From contig NIVC01002258.1 of assembly GCA_002269645.1 (NCBI GenBank), positions 125,230 through 189,229 on the forward strand: a stretch of DNA of 64,000 nucleotides. The letters are read 5' to 3'. A program made the translations under genes and the position numbers. The stretch comes from Macrostomum lignano. Its lineage: Eukaryota. The notes below the pieces were generated by a model. It had not been told where the DNA came from, did not search any database, and saw only the letters and a program-made list of their open reading frames with translations. Position 1 is the first letter of the stretch; the number at the start of each line of letters is the position of its first letter. Positions 47,861-64,000 of the stretch are shown piece by piece.

Positions 47861-49148
47861 AATGTATTTGGTTTTTGTTGTTGTTGCATGCGTGCAGAAT
47901 AAGTCAATTATGCGGGTTGGAGACATTTTTAGTGACCTTTTTGTACTAAACCTTTGCGAACTTTCCGTACCGTATTCAGTATCAACATTTCATTCTCGAA
48001 ATTTCTATTTGAATAGCGCTTTCTATATTACACTTTAAGTAATTTAAATTCTAACATATCCCAAATTCTTAACCGAACTTTATTAAAGAACCAACCAAGG
48101 GCTACAGTGGTCCTTGGAACCAACGCCTTTACGCCTCATTTATTTAAAACCGATAACATCGTTTATGGATGATGAATTAATTCACATAGTCGAAAAACAT
48201 TATTAAAGCTTAAAATGCACTTTAAACAGACCAGTTTTAATGCTTAAAGATCATAATCATTTTCTTCTGTTCAAAAATTTAAAACACTTTAGTCTATTTC
48301 CTTTTTATCATGTGCATTTTTGCTTTACTGTAAGTAATGTTAATAAAATGAAAATATTTTAATTTAAAGTTTTCCAAGAACCAATAATTGGGTTTAACGG
48401 TTTAGGGAGACCGTTTAGGGTTAGTATAGTTTCAGTGGAATCATTTTTTACAATCGAACTTAGCCAAAGAATTAAGCTAGTTCAGTTCGAGAATTATGTT
48501 TCACAAGAGCAACTAAGTCTGACTGTAATTAGGGTTGTGCGGAAAAATGTACACGAGCCTCTCGATCCAAAAGACACTAAGTTTTTGTCTATTTATATTT
48601 GTGTTTATTATCTTGCTGGCTTGCTTCTGACTTACCGAAACATTAAAAATGAATTTTTACAGATTTTTAAATTATTCAATGAAATAAATAGGAAAATGAT
48701 GATTTTCAAACAAGAAAAAGATCAATTTCTGTGTACCACCCACTCCCCTTGCCCTTGGACTTGGCTTTGTGAATGTCAACTAAAACTTGTAGCTTTTAGC
48801 AAGTTTGTATTTTCCTCTATAAAGTAATGCTGGATAAGCAGATGTTGTTAAAATATTACCGTGTCTCTTAATTTATCCTTAAAACTAAATATGCTTGTAG
48901 TAAGTTTTGAATTTATTAAACAATCTTAATAGTCTTTTTATCTTCAGATTAATCTTTTCATAGGCCTATGATATCAATTTCAACTTGTACAAACTTTTAC
49001 AATAGTGCTTCTTCATGATATTGTTATCTAAAAATTTCAATCTTAGTACATTGGATTAAATTGATTTTTATACACTTTTAATCCATTCTAGTTAGCTAAA
49101 AATATGATTAAATATTAAAACTCAGATCAAGCAATTTTTTTATTTCCT

Positions 49149-49330
49149 TCCTATATACTAAAAATGAGTTGTGTGTCTCTGTGAGATAGATTTCAGAATA
49201 AATGGCTCAGCCGATTTTCTTCAAATTTGCACCATTTGATCAGAAATTTTCCTGGGACGGTACATGCATCTTGGCTAAAAAATTGCTCAATGTTAAAGGG
49301 ATTAAATATTTGAAAAACATGCTTTTTTGC
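49149..49330 (+). mobile_element. Possible non-autonomous Helitron-like 5' segment
   Basis: cctatatactaaaaatgagttgtgtgtctctgtg...ggctcagccgattttcttcaaattt resembles the 5' part of invertebrate HelitronN/Lep1-type repeats. This is recalled similarity only. Confidence 0.3.
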
Positions 49331-49620
49331 AAAGGTCAAGCCAAATTTTTGACTTGAAATACATTGGAAGAATGCTAGAGAAAAAACTGACTGACTGAAT
49401 ACCGATTGTGACAAAGATTGCATCACAACAAGTTGAAAAACAGTGCCAAAGAAATGCACATACAACTTGATTAAAATTGCGTAACAATATTGCTAACTTA
49501 AATTGACACTGATACTGGCTGGCCAAGAAATTGATTGTGTCATAACTTTTTACTCTAACTGATTTGCTATAAGAATTTAATTATAAGGGCCACAATTCAT
49601 GTTCTCCAATTGACAAGAGA

Positions 49621-49673
49621 TAGCATAGATGCAAACAGACTGGACTGCTAATGCAGCAACCTGGGTTCGAATC
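49621..49673 (+). pseudogene. tRNA-derived (Ser-GCT-like) SINE head or tRNA pseudogene
   Basis: A-box-like TAGCATAGATG (49621-49631), GGACTGCTAAT anticodon-arm match (49642-49652), B-box TGGGTTCGAATC (49662-49673). No acceptor stem. Confidence 0.45.
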
Positions 49674-49737
49674 TTAGTAGTACAAAATTTGTTTTAAAAC
49701 ACCTTAAAAACATGAAAAGCTAAACACAAAAAGCACA

Positions 49738-50190
49738 ATGTCAAACATTATAGAGCCACCATGTCTAACATTAAAACGCCATTATGTGAAACATTAAAGA
49801 GCCACCATGTCAAACATTAAAGAGCCACCATGTCAAACATTAAAGAGTTACCATGTCAAACATTAAAGAGTCACCATGTCAAACATTAAAGAGTCACCAT
49901 GTCAAACATTAAAGAGACACCATGTCAGACATTAAAAAAACCCTGAATCAAACATAAAAGAGCTAGCATGTAGAACATAAAAGAGCCACAATATCAACAT
50001 AAAAGAGGCACCATGTCCAACATAAAAGAGCCACCATGTCAAACATTAAAGAGCCACAATGTCGAACATTAAAGAGCCACCATGTCAAACATAAAAGAGC
50101 CACTATGTCAAACATTAAAGAGACATCATGTCAGACATAAAAAAACCCCAAATCAAACATTAAAGAGCCACCATGTCAAACATTAAAGAT
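49738..50190. repeat. Degenerate 23-bp minisatellite (catgtcaaacattaaagagccac)
   Basis: Direct observation. Confidence 0.88.
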
Positions 50191-50297
50191 ACACAATTTC
50201 AAATGTAAAAGTACGCATGCCAATTTTAAAGGAGCCACTATATAGCTAAGGAAATTGTTGCACTAGCTACTTATTGTCTAATGGATGCTTACTATTT

Positions 50298-50550
50298 GAG
50301 GATGCTTGCTATCTAGGGGATGCTTGCTTTTTGGGGGATGCTTGCTATCTGGGGGATGCTTGCTATTTGGGGGATGCTTGCTATCTGGGGAATACTTGCT
50401 ATCTGGGGGATGCTTGCTATCTGAGGGATGCTTGCTATTTAGGGGATGCTTGCTATCTGGGGATGCTTGCTATCTGGGGGATGCTTGCAATGTGGGGGAT
50501 GCTTGCTATCTGGGGGATGCTTGCTATCTGGGGGGTGCTTGCTGTCTTGG
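50298..50550. repeat. 18-bp minisatellite (gggggatgcttgctatct)
   Basis: Direct observation. Confidence 0.92.
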
Positions 50551-51001
50551 GATGATTTCTTTTTGCATTGCACTTTATTTGAGCAGTTTGTCTGTTGTCT
50601 TTGTGAAGGCTTTATTTGACTGTCTTTTTGTTACTTGTAGAGAACAGAGATTCTATCCAGATGTCCCCCAACGGGGGGCAAAGATTGCTAGTTAAAGCTA
50701 TAAAGCTAAAATGTATAATATGGAAATATTACATTTTTTGATATCATTAAACAGATACAGTGTTGGATACACTAAAGCTAGAGAAAAAGCAGAACAATTT
50801 TTATTAGCAAGTCAAATAAAATTTAATTTTAGGCTATATTATTTAAGCTAATTATTTCTAGAATGTTTATATTAATTGTTGTATAGCATGCTACAAGTTA
50901 TATAAAAATTATGAAATTAGTATTTTTGCAATCTATATAAAAATACTTTTTCTTTTAAAAACCATTTTAGCCAAGCCATCTAGCATAGCTAGCTATAAAC
51001 T

Positions 51002-62255
<11,254 letters not shown>

Positions 62256-62514
62256 CACCAACGTCACCTCCGCCTCCGCCTCCTGGATTCTGAATTTGAT
62301 CGCTGATTTATTGACTGATTCTTTTAGTAGAAGAAGAATACGAAAATATGCCAGTCTAGCTTGTGTTTTCAGACCGCGCAGGTTGCGGCCTGTGTTTGCA
62401 CCGGCAGTTTGAAAACCTTCTTTTGCCAATTCTTTGGACTATTTTGATCCATCTAATTCACCTAATAATCCGTGAAAGCTTGTAACATGCAGCTTCATTT
62501 TATTTGAATGTAGC

Positions 62515-63410
62515 TCTGTCTCTCGTGTCTCTCTTGTGCCTCTCTCGTGTCTCTCGTGTCTCTCTTGTGCCTCTCTCGTGTCTCTCGTGTCTCTCTCGTG
62601 CCTCTCTCGTGTCTCTCGTGTCTCTCTTGTGCCTCTCTCGTGTCCCTCGTGTCTCTCCTGTCTCGTGTCTCTCGCGTCTCTCGTATCTCTCGTGCCCCTC
62701 TCGTGTCTCTCTTGTGCCTCTCTCGTGTCTCTCGTGTCTCTCTCGTGCCTCTCTCGTGTCTCTCGTGTCTCTCTTGTGCCTCTCTCGTGTCTCTCGTGTC
62801 TCTCTCGTGCCTCTCTCGTGTCTCTCGTGTCTCTCTTGTGCCTCTCTCGTGTCCCTCGTGTCTCTCCTGTCTCGTGTCTCTCGCGTCTCTCGTATCTCTC
62901 GTGCCCCTCGTGTCTCTCTTGTGCCTCTCTCGTGTCTCTCGTGTCTCTCTCGTGCCTCTCTCGTGTCTCTCGTGTCTCTCTTGTGCCTCTCTCGTGTCTC
63001 TCGTGTCTCTCTCGTGCCTCTCTCGTGTCTCTCGTGTCTCTCTTGTGCCTCTCTCGTGTCCCTCGTGTCTCTCCTGTCTCGTGTCTCTCGCGTCTCTCGT
63101 ATCTCTCGTGCCCTCTCGTGTCTCTCGTATCTCTCCTGTCTCGCTCGTGTCTCTCGTGTCTCTCTTGTGCCTCTTCGTGTCTCTCATATCTCTCGTGTCT
63201 CTCGTGTCTCTCGTATCTCTCGTGTCTCTCGTATCTCTCGTATCTCTCTCGTGTCTTTCTAGTGTCTCTCGTATCTCTCGTGTCTCTCGTGTCTCTCGTG
63301 TCTCTCGTATCTCTCGTATCTCTCTCGTGTCTCTCTAGTGTCTCTCGTATCTCTCGTGTCTCTCGTATCTCTTGTGTCTCTCGTATCTCTCGTATCTCTC
63401 GTGTCTCTTG
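62515..63410. repeat. Compound (gtctctcgt)-type pyrimidine-rich repeat
   Basis: Direct observation. Confidence 0.93.
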
Positions 63411-63892
63411 TGCCTCTGCTGTCTTTGGTTGTCTTTGGTATCCAGTGATGTCTGCTCAAAATTCGCACCTGATCTGTGTATTTATACGTAGCTTTTTATT
63501 TCAATTTACTAATTAATGTCCACACAGTCATATCATATAATCAATGCGGATATAAGTATCAGGCAAAAGTTGATTTGTGGTCTTGAACAGTTGTTAAAAT
63601 TATTTTATGCTAATAGTTATTGGTTAGATAGTGTACAAACTCTATCTACTAGTTCCTGTTTGTAGTTAACTGTGTTTTCTTTGCTTAGCATAATTGAAAT
63701 AATTCAATTCCTTCTATTAACTGCACTTCTCGCTTTCTCGAATCTAAATTCAAGTTTTTTGTTCAATCAATAATGCATTTTTGAGTGTACTTTCTTATTT
63801 CTAATCATATTTATTAGGCTATGCACTTTTACACGTGCCGGGGCATTTTTAAAGAATCTCTTTAATCTGTATTTGGTATTCACGTAATTATT

Positions 63893-64000
63893 ACAATCCA
63901 TTGGGCAGGGGGTAGCTGGGTATCTACAATCCATAGGCAGTGGGTAGCTGGGTATCTACAATCCATAGGGCAGTGGGTAGCTGGGTATTCACAATCCATA
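63893..64000. repeat. About 32-33-bp tandem repeat running off the window end
   Basis: tacaatccatag(g)gcagtgggtagctgggtatc x3. Confidence 0.85.

Noticed and set aside
48109-48381. 11-bp imperfect inverted repeat GGTCCTTGGAA / TTCCAAGAACC
   Set aside because: It is too short and has no TSD, so it could be chance.

Overview
This is eukaryotic (metazoan) genomic DNA. GC-rich exons rich in poly-Q/P/A runs sit in AT-rich or minisatellite-filled introns. That style suggests a flatworm such as Macrostomum lignano, but this is an inference only. Three spliced genes can be reconstructed with phase-consistent GT-AG junctions. (1) A + strand KANK (KN motif, coiled coil, ankyrin repeats) at 4258-29649, about 1392 aa. 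(2) A - strand signal-peptide, multi-CUB-like type-I membrane protein at 44636-41217, with one apparent frameshift and a possible alternative TM exon and tail. (3) A + strand MTSS1/MIM I-BAR gene at 51002-62255, about 716 aa. Mobile DNA includes a full-length 5.5-kb Loa-like non-LTR retrotransposon (ORF1; APE-RT-RNaseH ORF2 with a single W->TAG nonsense) inserted with a 14-bp TSD into a minisatellite. Two 35-bp 3'-tail-only insertions of a related element lie in a (TCTG)n microsatellite, again with a 14-bp TSD and a shared ACTGTCT target core. There is also a decayed RTE LINE, a MULE transposase fragment and several MITEs. A 325-bp fold-back element carries two inverted Penelope-type minimal hammerhead ribozymes. 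More than 20 distinct tandem arrays are present, including a 10-kb intronic satellite with higher-order duplications. The many long ORFs listed over the repeats are artefacts.
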